A stretch of 64,000 nt of DNA from Octopus sinensis (lineage: Eukaryota). The stretch is from positions 1,674,001 to 1,738,000 of the forward strand of contig NC_042999.1 in the NCBI RefSeq assembly GCF_006345805.1, written 5' to 3'. The notes beneath the pieces are model-generated. The model had not been told where the DNA came from. It did no database searches and saw nothing but the letters and a program-made list of their open reading frames with translations. The translations under genes and the position numbers were made by a program. Positions 50,925 through 63,460 of this stretch are shown here, one piece after another; within the stretch, counting starts at the first letter, position 1; each line of letters opens with the position of its first letter.

Positions 50925-52269
50925 TATATATATGACAGACTTCTTTCAGTTTTCATCTACCATATCCACTCACAAGGCTTTGGTTGGCCTGATACTATAG
51001 TAGAAGATAGTTGCCCAAGGTGACATGCAGTGGGACTGAACCTGGAACCATGTGGTTGGTAAGCAAGCTACTTCCATACAAAAAATTCTGTTTTCAGGGT
51101 TTCTTTTCTTTTTTCAGTTCGTAGAATGTGTGTGACAAAGAGTGCTAGCTATAGAGCTCCTGTCTAGACGTGGGTTATATCTCTTGGCCAAGACTAACAA
51201 GGTTAAGGGCCTTTCAAATGTGTTTTCTTTGTTTTATCTAACAATACATGATTTAAAGAGAATTTGGCTGCTAATTTTAGCTGCTTGAATAATGTCATTG
51301 AGGTTGATGAATGGTGCTTGTCTGTCGTTGCACCCAGTATCCTAATAATTTAGACTTTAGTATAGTATCTTTTCAACTTTGCCATTTCTTTTGAAGGTTT
51401 TAATATTCTAAAGACCAGATATTATAATGAAAGCATTAAGTGATTACATTAGATCAAGGCCCCATAAATTATTCGGAATTGCTTTGCTATTCAGCAAGCC
51501 TATATTATGCCAGTTGATTTAATATTTGATGATATGTGCCTTTTGGGATCACCTGGCAAAGCTTCAAATGTTGAGGCATGTGATACTGCAAATAAGATTA
51601 TCGTTTTCAATTTTAATCCTACCTTTGTGATTCCTCTGATATTTCCTTCAACTTTAACACAGCAAAGACGTACAATCCACTTCAAAAACTGAATCAACAC
51701 AGGAACCTTATTGTGATTGTTAAACCTCTTGGAATTACCAAACCTCAGATCTATTTGTTCAGTTGCTTGGAAATAACAGTAAATCTCCCTCGGAATTCAC
51801 ACGCTACAGTCATAAAAGATTTATTGGATAATATTGAGATAGAGACACCAGATAATTATTATCAGCTCTTTATGAAACTAATAATAGATTTAGGGGTTTT
51901 TATTGAATATTTACCAATATTCTCCAACTCTCTCTTCTTAAATATGAATAATCATAGAATTCCTCTCTAGGTCTGCTTTGGCCCCTTCTCTCATATTTTA
52001 ACACATCTCTAATGCCTCATCCCCTAGCATAAAGTTACCCAGAGCAAAAATTAAGTTTCATGGTATGAGCCAATATTTACCCTAGGATTATGACAGGGTG
52101 TGATGCATTCAGTTTTTCCTCAAGAATTAAGTGCCGTATCATTTCAGCATCTGTGTTATACTGCTTTGCCCCACAACCACAAGAATCCAAGGACTGGACT
52201 TGCATTAGAACCTGTTACAAGAGACTCCAGAAAAACATTTAGATTTTCCTTACTCGGCAGTAAAATTTT

Positions 52270-52895
52270 ATCGTGGCTGTATGGTAAGTAGCTTGCTTAC
52301 AAACCACATGGTTCTGGGTTCAGTCCCACTGCGTGGCACCTTGGGCAAGGGTGTTCTACTATAGCCTCGGGCCGATCAAAGCCTTGTCAGTGGATTTGGT
52401 AGACAGAAACTGAAAGAAGGCCATAGTATATATGTATATATATATATATAAATCTAATATAGAATAAAATTTTTCGAAAAAATTCTATCAATGGCCAGCA
52501 TATTAAAAAATACCTTTAAAAGATAAATTTATAAACAACTTATAAACAATGGCAAAAGAAAAAAATTCTAATGCCAAATATGCCAAAGATAGACAAATCG
52601 TCAATAACCATATAATTTATCACTATAAGCACGCGTCTCGAGACATACATACATATATGTATGTATGTATGTATGTGTTTGTATGTGTTTGTGTGTCTGT
52701 TTTGTCCCCCCAACATCGCTTGACAACTGATTCTGGTGTGTTTATGTCCCTGTAACTTTGCGGTTTGGCAAAAGAGACTGATAGAATAAGTACTAGGCTT
52801 ACAAAGAATAAGTCCTGGGGTCGATTTGCTCGACTAAGGGCAGTGCTCCAGCATGACCACAGTCAAATGACTGAAACTAGTAAAAGAGTAAGAGT
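52270..52895 (+). mobile_element. SINE family A with a 200-bp AT-rich insert (52445-52645) in its internal (TA)n
   Basis: Head 52270-52430, tail 52680-52895. Confidence 0.75.
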
Positions 52896-52909
52896 ATACA
52901 TAATTTTGA

Positions 52910-53490
52910 TTTATGGAAACTCAGTAATACTGGTCATCCTCTATAACTTCTTAAAACCCAGAAAAACCATTACTGCAGAAACACATTGCCATGAAATTGC
53001 CAAAATGAATGAAAAACTGCTATTCCTCTGTCTCAGACTGGTCAGCAGAAGAGAGCCAATCATTCTTCATGACAATGCTCGACCACACGTTTCACTAATG
53101 ACACTCCAAAAGTTGAAGGAACTTGGCTACAAAGTTCTTCCCCACCCACCTTATTCCCCAGAATTTTCTCCTACCAATTACCACTTTTATAAGCACCATA
53201 ATGGTTTCCTGCAAGAGAAGCCGTAGAAACACTGCCAGATCTGACTGGGCCTGACGAACCCTTCTAGCTTCACAGACCCCAGTTGAACCGTCCAACCCAT
53301 GCTAGCATGGAAAGCAGACGCTAAATGATGATGATGATGATGATGACGGAATAAACAAACTTGTAACTCGTTAACAAAAATGTGTTGATTGTAATGGCAC
53401 TTAATTTGATGAATAAAATTTCCACATTGTTGAAATATATTGTAATGAATTTCATGTTTCAAAACGTTGCTTACTTTTTACTCAACCTGA
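52910..53490 (+). pseudogene. mariner transposase 3' half and right TIR, interrupted by a family C fragment (53221-53348, minus)
   Basis: FLKPRKTITAE..ILHDNARPH..VLPHPPYSPEFSPTNYHF; after the insert GINKLVTR*QKCVDCNG; TIR-like ttactttttactcaacctga. Confidence 0.9.
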
Positions 53491-53589
53491 GAGTTTAACA
53501 GTTACATAATAAGAAAAAATTATTTACTCTGTTTTGCATATTGAATTATATTTCTCCTGTTTGTACCACCAAATAGCTCTCTATTTTTC

Positions 53590-53659
<70 letters not shown>

Positions 53660-53779
53660 CATACAACATACATACGTAATAAAAAACGGTCATGCGATTT
53701 ATGATGTAAAATAAAATTCTGTAAACTAGCTCTCCTGTTTCTTTCTACTTTTTTCTTGTGTGTGTGTATGTATATATAT

Positions 53780-53823
<44 letters not shown>

Positions 53824-53968
53824 TGTACATATATATATATACTCACACTTATATATATAGATATATATATACATGTATATATATATTAATTTATATTTAT
53901 ATATATATACATGTATATATATTAATTTATATCTATATATATATATATATACATGTGTATATATTAAT

Positions 53969-54028
<60 letters not shown>

Positions 54029-54113
54029 TATATGTATACACATGTATGTATTCATTTATATTTATATATGTATATATATATATATATGCATGCATGTATG
54101 CATGTATGTATAG

Positions 54114-54144
<31 letters not shown>

Positions 54145-54724
54145 TGTATAGCAGGGTTAGGTTAAGCTGTGACTGTTTTGGTAGTTATTCAAATAACCAA
54201 AATCTAGAAAATGTTTTTTTGGCCTCTTCTTTCACCTTGATGATGGCTGTCCAAGTCTGAGAGCAGACAAAGATGGCCTTGTCAGAACTTTCTTAACACC
54301 AAACATACTTTGTTAAACAAATCAGACTTTGATAGCTTATCAACAACATCACCCCTACCTCCTATTATGAATATTATCATTATTATTATTATTACTATTA
54401 CTATTACTATTATTATTAATATTATTATTATTATTTTTACTATTATTATTTTTAAAAAAAACTAGAATATAAAATATAAGAATCATCACAAAAGACATTG
54501 TTAAGATTTATATTATTATTATTTTTAAGTCAGGAAGCTGGCAGGATCATCAACATGGAGAACAGGTGAACTAGTTAGTGGCATTTCTTCTGTCTTAATG
54601 TTCAAATTCCACTGAGGTCGACTTTGCCTTTCGTCATTTCGGGGTCGATGAAATAAGTACCAGTTACGCACTGGGGTCGATATAATCAACTAGCCCTCTT
54701 ACCCCGAAATTTCAGATCTTGTGC

Positions 54725-54725
54725 C

Positions 54726-54824
<99 letters not shown>

Positions 54825-55180
54825 AAGAAGGAGGAGAGAAGAAGAAGAAGAAGAAGAAGAAGAAGAAGAAGAAGAAGAAGGAGGAGGAGGAGAGGAGAAG
54901 AAGAAGAAGAAGAAGAAGAAGAAGAAGAAGGAGGAGGAGAAGAAGAAGAAGAAGAAGGAGCAGAAGAAGAAGAAGGAGGAGGAGGAGGAGGAGGAGGAGG
55001 AGCAGAAGACGGAGGAGGAGGAGAAGGAGAAGAAGAAGAAGAAGAAGAAGAAGAAGAAGGAGGAGGAGAAGAAGAAGAAGAAGAAGGAGCAGAAGAAGAA
55101 GAAGGAGGAGGAGGAGGAGCAGAAGAAGAAGGAGGAGGAGGAGGAGGAGGAGCAGAAGAAGAAGAAGAAGAATACAGAAT
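54725..55180. repeat. (AAT)n switching to (AAG/AGG/CAG)n, preceded by a degenerate family B SINE (54530-54726)
   Basis: Seen directly. Confidence 0.9.
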
Positions 55181-55188
55181 AATAGTAC

Positions 55189-55845
55189 AGAATAGACAAC
55201 ATATCAGAAAGTGATAAGTGCAGAATCTGTGGACAAAATGGTGAAATCGTATGCCATATTACCAGTCAATGTATGCCACGAGCCCAGAAGGAATATAAGA
55301 GATACCACGACAATATAGCCAGGCTTGTCCATCGGACACTTTGCAACAAGTATGGACTTGATAGAACAAAAAATTGGTATGACCACAAGCCTGAAGGTAT
55401 CATCAAAAATAGAAATGCAAAGATCCTATGGGATTTTATGATTCAGTGTGACCATAAGATTGAGAATAGAAAGTCAGACATAGTCTTCATTGAGAAAGAA
55501 AGCAAATGATGCTGGATCATAGATATAGCATGCCCAACTGACAACAAGGTATGTGATAAGGAAGAAAGAAAAGTCGAGAGATATGACATGTTAGCTTGGG
55601 AGGTTAAGCAGTTGTGGTTGATGAAAAAGGTCGGGGCCCTGGGAACAGTGAACAAAAATCTCGAGAGGTACATGGAACAAATAGGAGCTACATTAAGGGT
55701 GGCGCACTTGCAGAAAACAGCACTGCTTGGCACCGCTCAAATACTCCGGAAGGTGCTCGAAAAATAAGAGGTGTTACCTTAGTTCACTGGTAGTGAACAG
55801 TTGACACCATAGTACATCTCTTGCATTAGAAGCTGTGCAAAGGCA
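55189..55845 (+). pseudogene. Dong/R4-type LINE 3' part: CCHC knuckle, endonuclease, 3'UTR, then (AAT)n
   Basis: CRICGQNGEIVCHITSQC..ILWDFMIQCDHKIENRKSDIV..IIDIACP..HLQKTALLGTAQILRKVLEK*; one stop and an internal deletion. Confidence 0.9.
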
Positions 55846-55888
55846 ATAACAATAATAATAATAATAATAATAATTATCATTATTATTG

Positions 55889-55941
<53 letters not shown>

Positions 55942-55942
55942 G

Positions 55943-56174
55943 AGTGAGCGAGCACAGCATGCCATCAAAGTGACACTGGGGTAAAATATACGAAGCCCAG
56001 TATACCCATCATGACTACCCGTCTGATAAGGGTACACCAGGCACATGCATCACAACCATATGTGCGCGACATGGTGATCTCATATCAAGATAAGCAGCAC
56101 ATGACCTTGCAGGTGGAGCCCAGTTAGAATTTTCTTCAGATCGTGTAACCCATCCCGCTCAAAAGGTCCCTGAA

Positions 56175-56176
<2 letters not shown>
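55943..56176 (-). mobile_element. Family F, 5'-truncated, between TAA arrays
   Basis: Near-identical to 61600-61835. Confidence 0.8.
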
Positions 56177-56224
<48 letters not shown>

Positions 56225-56225
<1 letters not shown>

Positions 56226-56643
56226 GATTTATGTGTTTTTCTTCTTCTTTCAAATTTGCTTCCATTTCTTGCCGAGTGTCTTCCTGACTCCTAGGGCAAA
56301 GAAGCTCATAGTATACATTGGTAGGCCATTAAACTAAACTCACTAGTTCGTTCGTTTTTTTGTTTTTTTATAGAAATAAAGTTAAATTAAAATACATGGG
56401 TAGTAATAGTTCTCACATCGACAATGCTCTTCTCAATACATGTGATGTACCAGTTAAGACAATCTTTTGCACTTCTTGCAGGGATGGTAAGCCAGGGATC
56501 ATTCTCATATAATTTTCGGTTCTCTTTTTGATCCTTCCCAGTGCTCCTACGATCACTGGTATTGTAACCGCCTTGAGATGCCACATTTTCTCAATTTCAA
56601 TGAGCAGGTCTTTATATTTTCTGAGCTTGTCAAATTCTTTCGC

Positions 56644-56645
<2 letters not shown>
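56225..56645 (-). pseudogene. Dong/R4-type LINE 3' end, (AAT)n on both sides
   Basis: KEFDKLRKYKDLLIEIEKMWHLKAVTIPVIVGALG..VQKIVLTGTSHVLRRALSM*. Confidence 0.85.
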
Positions 56646-56697
<52 letters not shown>

Positions 56698-56717
56698 CAT
56701 TATTACTATTATTACTA

Positions 56718-57760
56718 TTCCATCAAGGTCGACTTTGCCTTTTATCCTTTCGGGGTCAATAAATTAAGTACAAGTGAAAGACTGGGGTCAATGTAATCGA
56801 CTCGATCCCCTTCTCCGAGCTGCCCTTTATTAAAAAGAATTAATTATCATTATTATTATTATTATTGTTAAGGTGGTGAGCTTGCAGAATCATTGACATA
56901 CCAGCTGAAATGCAGAATGGTATTTCGTTCTGAGTTCAAATTCCGCCAAAGTCGACTTTGCCTTTCATCCTTTTGGGGTCGATGAATTAAGTACCAGTTA
57001 CACACTGCGGTCGATGTAATCAGCTAACTTCTTCCCACCAAATTTCAGGCCGTGTGCCTATTGTAGAAAAGATTACAATTATTGTTGCTGTTGTTGCTGC
57101 TGTTGTTGTTAAGGTGGTGTAACTGGCAGAAATGTTAGCACGCTGGGTGGAATGCTTAGCGGTATTTCATCTGCTGCTATGTTCTGAGTTCAAATTCCAC
57201 TGAGGTCGACTTTGCCTTTCATCTTTTCAGGGTCGATGAAATAAGTACCAGTTACACACTGGGGGTTGATGAGGCAAGTGAAGTTGAAATCGAAATCAAA
57301 CTCAGTGACTGGCATCCGTTGCTAGTGGAGCACTAAGAGTACCATACGAGTGAGATCGTTGCCAGAGCAACAAGCTGGCCTCTGTGCCGATGGCACGTTA
57401 AACACACCATTCGAGTGTGATCATTACCTGTGTCGCCTTACTAGCACTTGTGCTGGTGGCACGGGAAAAAAACATTTGAGCGAGGTCATTGCCAGTGCCA
57501 CTGAACTGGCTCCTGTGCAGGTGGCACATAAAAAGCACCATTTGAGCATGGGCGTTGCTAGTACCACCTAACTGGCCCTCATGCCGGTGGCACATAAGAG
57601 CACCCACTACACTCTCGGAGTGGTTGGCATTAGGAAGGGCATCCAGCTGTAGGGACCATGCCCAAGCAGGCAGTGGGTATATTAGTTCTTGTTAAATCAT
57701 CCAACTTGTGCCAGCATGGACTGTGGACATTAAATGGTGGTGATGACTCTGGCAATGAGG
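56718..57760 (+). mobile_element. Three family B pieces (56718-57270) followed by family C (57272-57760)
   Basis: Family motifs as above. Confidence 0.75.
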
Positions 57761-58822
57761 AGGATGATGATGACGATCATCATCATCATCATCATTACCA
57801 TCATCATCATCGTCGTCGTCGTCGTCGTCGTTGTCGTCGTCATCATCATTGTTGTCATCATCATCATCTTCGTTGTCGTTGTCATCATCATCGTTGTCGT
57901 CGTCGTCATCACCATTGTCATCGTCATCATCATCGTCATCACCACCATCATCATCATCACCGTCGTTGTCACCATCATCACCATCACCATCACCGCCATC
58001 ATCATCGTCATCAACATCATCATCATCATCATCATCATTATTGTTATTATTATTATTATTACGGTTATTACCTTTATTATTACCATAACTATTTTTCCTA
58101 AGAGTTTGCATTCAATTAATGTCAGTTTCTTTGAGATTTTTTTTTTACAGTAAATTCCACCTCAAGGCCTATTTTATTGTTTATTGAAATATTTTTCTGG
58201 AAATCTCTGCGTTCATCCTTCCTTCCTTCCTTCCTTCCATTTCTCAATCTTTTTCAAAAATCAAATCTTTTAAGTTATTTGTCAACAAAATCAAATGAAT
58301 CTAAGTCATGTCGCAGATTAAAATAATTAAAAAAAAACACCAATTTAAAATAAATTAATGCATGGCAACAACAAATACAAACACAGGAAAAGCAAAAAAA
58401 GCAGAAAACCTGGTCATGATGCTGTGACATCAAAAGCCTGTGTGTGTCAGATTCTTTTAAAACAAAATATCATTTTTGTCTTCACCATCACCTACAACAC
58501 CACCACCAACAGCAACAACAACAACAGCAACAACAATACCATCTCTAATGCCACAACCAGTACCACCACCATCGTCATCAACAACATTCATTATCAACAT
58601 CATCATCATTGTCATCGTCATCATCATCATCATCATCACCATCATCATCCTAGATATTGCCATCATCATCAACATCAGTATCACTAACATCATCATCATC
58701 ATTATCATCATCATGAACATCATCATCATTATCATGAACATCATCATCATCATCACCATCATCATCCTAGATATTGCCATTGTCATCAACATCATCACCA
58801 CCATCATCATCAATATCACCAC

Positions 58823-58854
<32 letters not shown>

Positions 58855-59029
58855 CTATCCTCATCACCGCCACTGTCTTCATATGTGCCATTATCATTAT
58901 TTGGAAGTTTCTCCAACTAAGTCTATGGAAACTTCAAAGAAGGAAGCGTGAATATGTTTAAACAATTTGGTTATTTTTCAAGAAACGAAAAACAATTTAT
59001 CATCATTATTATCATTATTATTATTATTT

Positions 59030-59445
59030 ACTTTTAATCTGCATGTTTGTTGCAGTCACATGCCAAGACACACCCAGCATCCTAGGGCGAGTAAAGGCTA
59101 AAAGATGTTACAGTGTGAGAGAAAGCTGGGGGGGGGGCGAAAAATGGCAGAGGCAGTAGCAAAACACTTCCATTTGATACAACACAGACATTTAAACTGA
59201 TAGGGTTTTTTTCTAAAGATATGGGTAGTACTTGTGAGCACAATCTTTGGATTTCTCTGAGGCATGGTTCTCCTGGGATATTATCTAAATGTTTCTGACA
59301 TCCCTTTTTATCATACATAGGGCACCCACAATAACAGGAACAGTTCTCGCTTTAAGATGCCACATCTTTTGTATTTCGATTTCCAGGTCCTTATATTTAC
59401 TTTATTTGTCAAATTCCTTTACAGATATATTTTTATTAGTAAGAA
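59030..59445 (-). pseudogene. Dong/R4-type LINE 3' end
   Basis: SVKEFDK*SKYKDLEIEIQKMWHLKARTVPVIVGAL..HLDNIPGEPCLREIQ; the extent of the 3'UTR is approximate. Confidence 0.75.
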
Positions 59446-59707
59446 CACTTACTCTTTACTCTTTTACTTGTTTCAGTCCTGTGACTGTGGCCATGCTAGA
59501 GCACCACTTTTATTCGAGCAAATCGACCCCAGAACTTATTCTTTGTAAGCCTAGTACTTATTCTATGAGTCTCTTTTGCTGAGCCGCTAAGTTACGGGGA
59601 TGTAAACACACCAGCATCAGTTGTCAAGCGATATTAGGGGGACAAACACAGACACACAAACATATACATAAGTCATTCTTGTGCTTTCTCTCTTTTCATG
59701 TTGCACA

Positions 59708-59878
59708 GTTCTATTTTTAAAAGATGAGGAATTATTTACATTATTTACATTTTACGGATATTTGTCTTCATCTTGTTAACACGTTTTGGCTGATACACCT
59801 TCCAGCCAAATATCAGATATCAGATATCTTGGGGAAATTTCGAACCTGGATTCTCATTCCCACGGTAATTTTCTGATG

Positions 59879-59914
<36 letters not shown>

Positions 59915-59984
59915 TCACTGCCTGGAATTGAACTCGGAATCTTGGGGTTACTAGCCCGCGTTCTTAACCACTAAGCTATATGCC
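59708..59984 (-). mobile_element. tRNA-head/(TAA)n/HHR-tail element with HHR core destroyed
   Basis: Head GGCATATAGCTTAGTGGTTAAG..CTAGTAA..GAGTTCAATTCC; tail shows CTGATAT and AAAAC in place of CTGATGA and GAAAC. Confidence 0.8.
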
Positions 59985-60092
59985 TATGGTCAATTTTGGA
60001 GTGAATTTTAGGGCTTATCAATCTAATATTTTCCTACCCTTCCCTAAAATTCCTATTCTGCCCTATAATTCACTCCAAAATTGACCACAGGC
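59982..60092. repeat. 33-bp inverted repeat (2 mismatches) around a 45-bp spacer, joining two divergent element heads
   Basis: gcctatggtcaattttggagtgaattttagggc / gccctataattcactccaaaattgaccacaggc. Confidence 0.9.
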
Positions 60093-60164
60093 TATGATAT
60101 TGTGGTTAAGACCGCAGGCTACTAAACCCAAGATTCTGAGTTCGATTTCAGGCAGTGACCTGAA

Positions 60165-60244
<80 letters not shown>

Positions 60245-60245
60245 T

Positions 60246-60323
<78 letters not shown>

Positions 60324-60436
60324 TAATAATAATAATAATATTACCTTCAGAAAAATACCTTAGGAATGAGAACCCAGGTTCGAAATTTCCCCAGGGCACC
60401 TGATGAAGGGTGGAGAGTACAGCATCTGAAACGTCT
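60090..60436 (+). mobile_element. tRNA-head/(TAC)(TAA)n/HHR-tail element, truncated at the cleavage triplet
   Basis: ggcac-CTGATGA-A-GGGTG..CATCT-GAAAC-GTC (60400-60435); family homology stops there. Confidence 0.8.
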
Positions 60437-60439
60437 TTT

Positions 60440-60810
60440 CATGTTATCTTACTGCCTCCACTCAAGAGAGGGTTAATACTTTTGTCCCCTTTTCTACACA
60501 TCCTACATTTGCTCTGTGCCTGAGTTTTATCAATCTTTTGTTTATCAAATTCTTGTTTATCAAATGGCTTCTTCCCAAATGGCTATAATTAGTGATTCCA
60601 TTCCTTGCTTCAGCTTCCCATCTATCAACCACAATGAGAATTCTTCATTTCCAATATCCTCAGTTTGTAGTATGTATTGACAATAGAGTTCTTTGTTTTG
60701 CCAATCTTCTTTCTGTTCTTGAAATCTTTTACTGTTTAAACAACCTCTCTTATATGTTTGTCAGCTGGTAATTTTCTTATTTTACTGAGCATAACACAGA
60801 CTTTCAAGCC
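60440..60810 (-). pseudogene. Dong/R4-type LINE fragment (region before the CCHC knuckle)
   Basis: KEDWQNKELYCQY..EFSLWLIDGKLKQGMESLIIAIWEEAI, with stops. Confidence 0.6.
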
Positions 60811-61159
60811 CATACGTTCTGAGTTCAATTCCACCAAGGTCAACTTTGCCTTTCATCCTTTCAATTAAAAAAGTACCAGTTAATCACTAGAATCAATGTA
60901 ATCGACTTAATCCCCTTGTCTGTCCTTGTATGTCCCTTCTATGTTTAGCCCTGCCCCCATGAGCAATAAAGAAATGAATTATTAAAAGCATCCACTACAC
61001 TCTCAGACTGGTTGGCGTTAAGAAGGGCATCCAACTGTAGAAACTCTGACAGATCAAGATTAAAGCCTGGTGCAGCCTTCTGGTTTGCCAGCCCTCAGTC
61101 AAATCGTCCAACCCATGCTAGCATGGAAAGCGGACGTTAAACGATGATGATGATGATGA

Positions 61160-61500
61160 TGATTTCCATTTTACTTTACAGAGCTCTCAGTTCGACTCGC
61201 CCCAGTTCATTCTATAAAAGGGGACAGTAACTTCTCACAGGGTCTCTTCCCATAATACTTCAGACCCAAGTACCAATCTCAAAATCCTTGCTGTTCCCTA
61301 AAGAGCAGTTTTCTGAATATGTTCTACCCTTACGTCAATTCCAACTTCTCCCACAAATTTCTCAAACCTTGTTAATGCTCCAAGTGCCCCTAGAACTACT
61401 AGGGTGACAGCTACTCGCTTCATTGCCCACATTTGTGCACTTTCATCTTTTAGGGGCTTGAACTTCTCAATTTTTTCCACCTCTTTGGTACCCACTGGTG
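61160..61500 (-). pseudogene. Dong/R4-type LINE 3' end
   Basis: EKIEKFKPLKDE..MWAMKRVAVTLVVLGALG..RVEHIQKTAL. Confidence 0.75.
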
Positions 61501-61564
61501 AATACCCAGGTATGGTAATATCTATGATTCTGGTTTCCTTCTTCCTTTATCGATGACAATAACA

Positions 61565-61599
<35 letters not shown>

Positions 61600-61600
<1 letters not shown>

Positions 61601-62230
61601 GAGTGGGTGAGCAGTGCATACCATCAAAGTGACACTAGGGTAAAATATACGAAGCCCAGTATACCCATCATGACAACCCGTCTGATAAGGGTACACCAGG
61701 CACATGCATCACAACCATGTGTGCGCGACATGGTGATCTCATATCAAGATAAACAGCACATGACCTTGCAGGTGGGGCCCAGTTAGAATTTTTTTCTGGT
61801 CAAGTAATCCATCCTGCTGAAAAGGTCCCTGAATAAGGATTGTTTAAGGATGTTGAACGATACTCCCATATTTCCAAAGATGAATTATCCAAACCCCAAA
61901 GAATTCCTCTCAACACATGGCTATGAAGCTCCCCCACTAGTTAGTTAGTTTGTTAGTTAATTTTTTGGCTCAAAAAGCAAAAAACAAGGCCATGTAGGGG
62001 GACATGGAGTTACGTACAGGGTGGTGTTCATGTAAAGAGTTCAGGCCACTTGTGATCAAGGGAGACTTTGAACTGAGCGGTTGTCGGCATCTTCACTATC
62101 TCGTCTGGCACTACTTCTGCTCGTGATCAGAGATGCACATATCGTCAGCCACTAAGGGACATACTCAACTGGTTAAAGTCAAACAACTGACAAGCAAATC
62201 TGTGGTATGGAGCAGAATATTTGCTGTATA
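61600..62230 (-). mobile_element. Family F interrupted by a CR1 3' end
   Basis: Family F sequence resumes after the insert; cacta duplicated at the junctions. Confidence 0.75.
61943..62108 (-). mobile_element. CR1-type LINE 3' end with (TAAC)n tail
   Basis: PDEIVKMPTTAQFKVSLDHKWPELFT*, short UTR, (TAAC)n. Confidence 0.65.
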
Positions 62231-62261
<31 letters not shown>

Positions 62262-62655
62262 CGTTAATATTGTTATTATAGAAGTCGCAGAGTATACAAT
62301 ATTGTGAGGTTGTTCATTGAAAATATTGATGATTATGATGATGATTATGATGGCAGTGTTGATGATGATGTTAGCAATGGTGGAGGTTGATGTTGTTGTA
62401 GGTGGGGATGATGATGATGGTTGTGGTGGTGATGGTGGTGATGATTCTGAGGAGGAGAAGTAAGAAACATTGGAAGAGGTGAAGAGGAAGTTGAAATAAG
62501 AGTTGATTTCTTAATGACTGTGTTAAGATGTTGGCAGTACTAATGAGGACAATGATATATAATTAATGAAAATTTAGGGAGGTTGATTTGACAATTCATT
62601 CACATAGACACAAGCTCTAACCCCCATTACCACCACCACCATCACCATGCATATA

Positions 62656-63071
62656 TACTCTTTACTCTTTACTCTTTTACTTGTTTCAGTCATTTGACTG
62701 CGGCCATGCTGGAGCACCGCCTTTAGTCGAGCAAATCGACCCTGGGACTTATTCTTTGTAAGCCCAGTACTTATTCTATCGGTCTCTTTTTGCTGAACCG
62801 CTAAGTGACGGGGACGTAAACACACCAGCATCGGTTGTCAAGCGATGTTGGGGGGACAAACACAGACACACAAACACACATACATACATATATATATATA
62901 CGTATATACGACAGGCTTCTTTCAGTTTCTGTCTACCAGATCCACTCACAAGGCATTGGTCGGCCCGGGGCTATAGCAGAAGACACTTGCCCAAGATGCC
63001 ACGCAGTGGGACTGAACCCGGAACCATGTGGCTGGTTAGCAAGCTACTTACCACACAGCCACTCCTGCGCC
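62656..63071 (-). mobile_element. SINE family A, full length, little decayed
   Basis: Complete head, CORE-like block and (AAAGAGT)n tail. Confidence 0.9.
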
Positions 63072-63164
63072 TATACATATTATATTTGTGTGTGTGTGCA
63101 CTGAGGTGAATGTATATACAAACATATAAGTTCTTCACTAAATGCATGTCGATGGTAACAAGCA

Positions 63165-63460
63165 GAAATTTCTGTGCCAGTGCCACCTGACTGGCACCTG
63201 TGCTGGTGGCATTACAAAAGCATCATTCAAGCATGGCCAATGCTTGTGCCACCTGACTGGCCCCCATCCTGGTGGCACATAAAAAGCACCCACAACACTC
63301 TCAGAGTAGTTGGCATTAAGAAGGGCGTCCAGCTGTAGAAACCTCGCCAGATCAAATTGGAGCCTGGTGCAGCTTCCTGGCTTGCCAGTCCTCAGTCAAA
63401 TCCCATCCAACCCATGCCAGCATAGAAAGTGGATGTTAAACGATGACGACGATGATGTTT
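63165..63460 (+). mobile_element. Family C, 3' part
   Basis: Units plus gatgttaaacgatgacgacgatg tail. Confidence 0.75.

Noticed and set aside
59912-59984. Possible tRNA-Thr(AGT) gene
   Set aside because: Acceptor, anticodon and T stems are broken and it is fused to a repeat tail; a SINE-type head.
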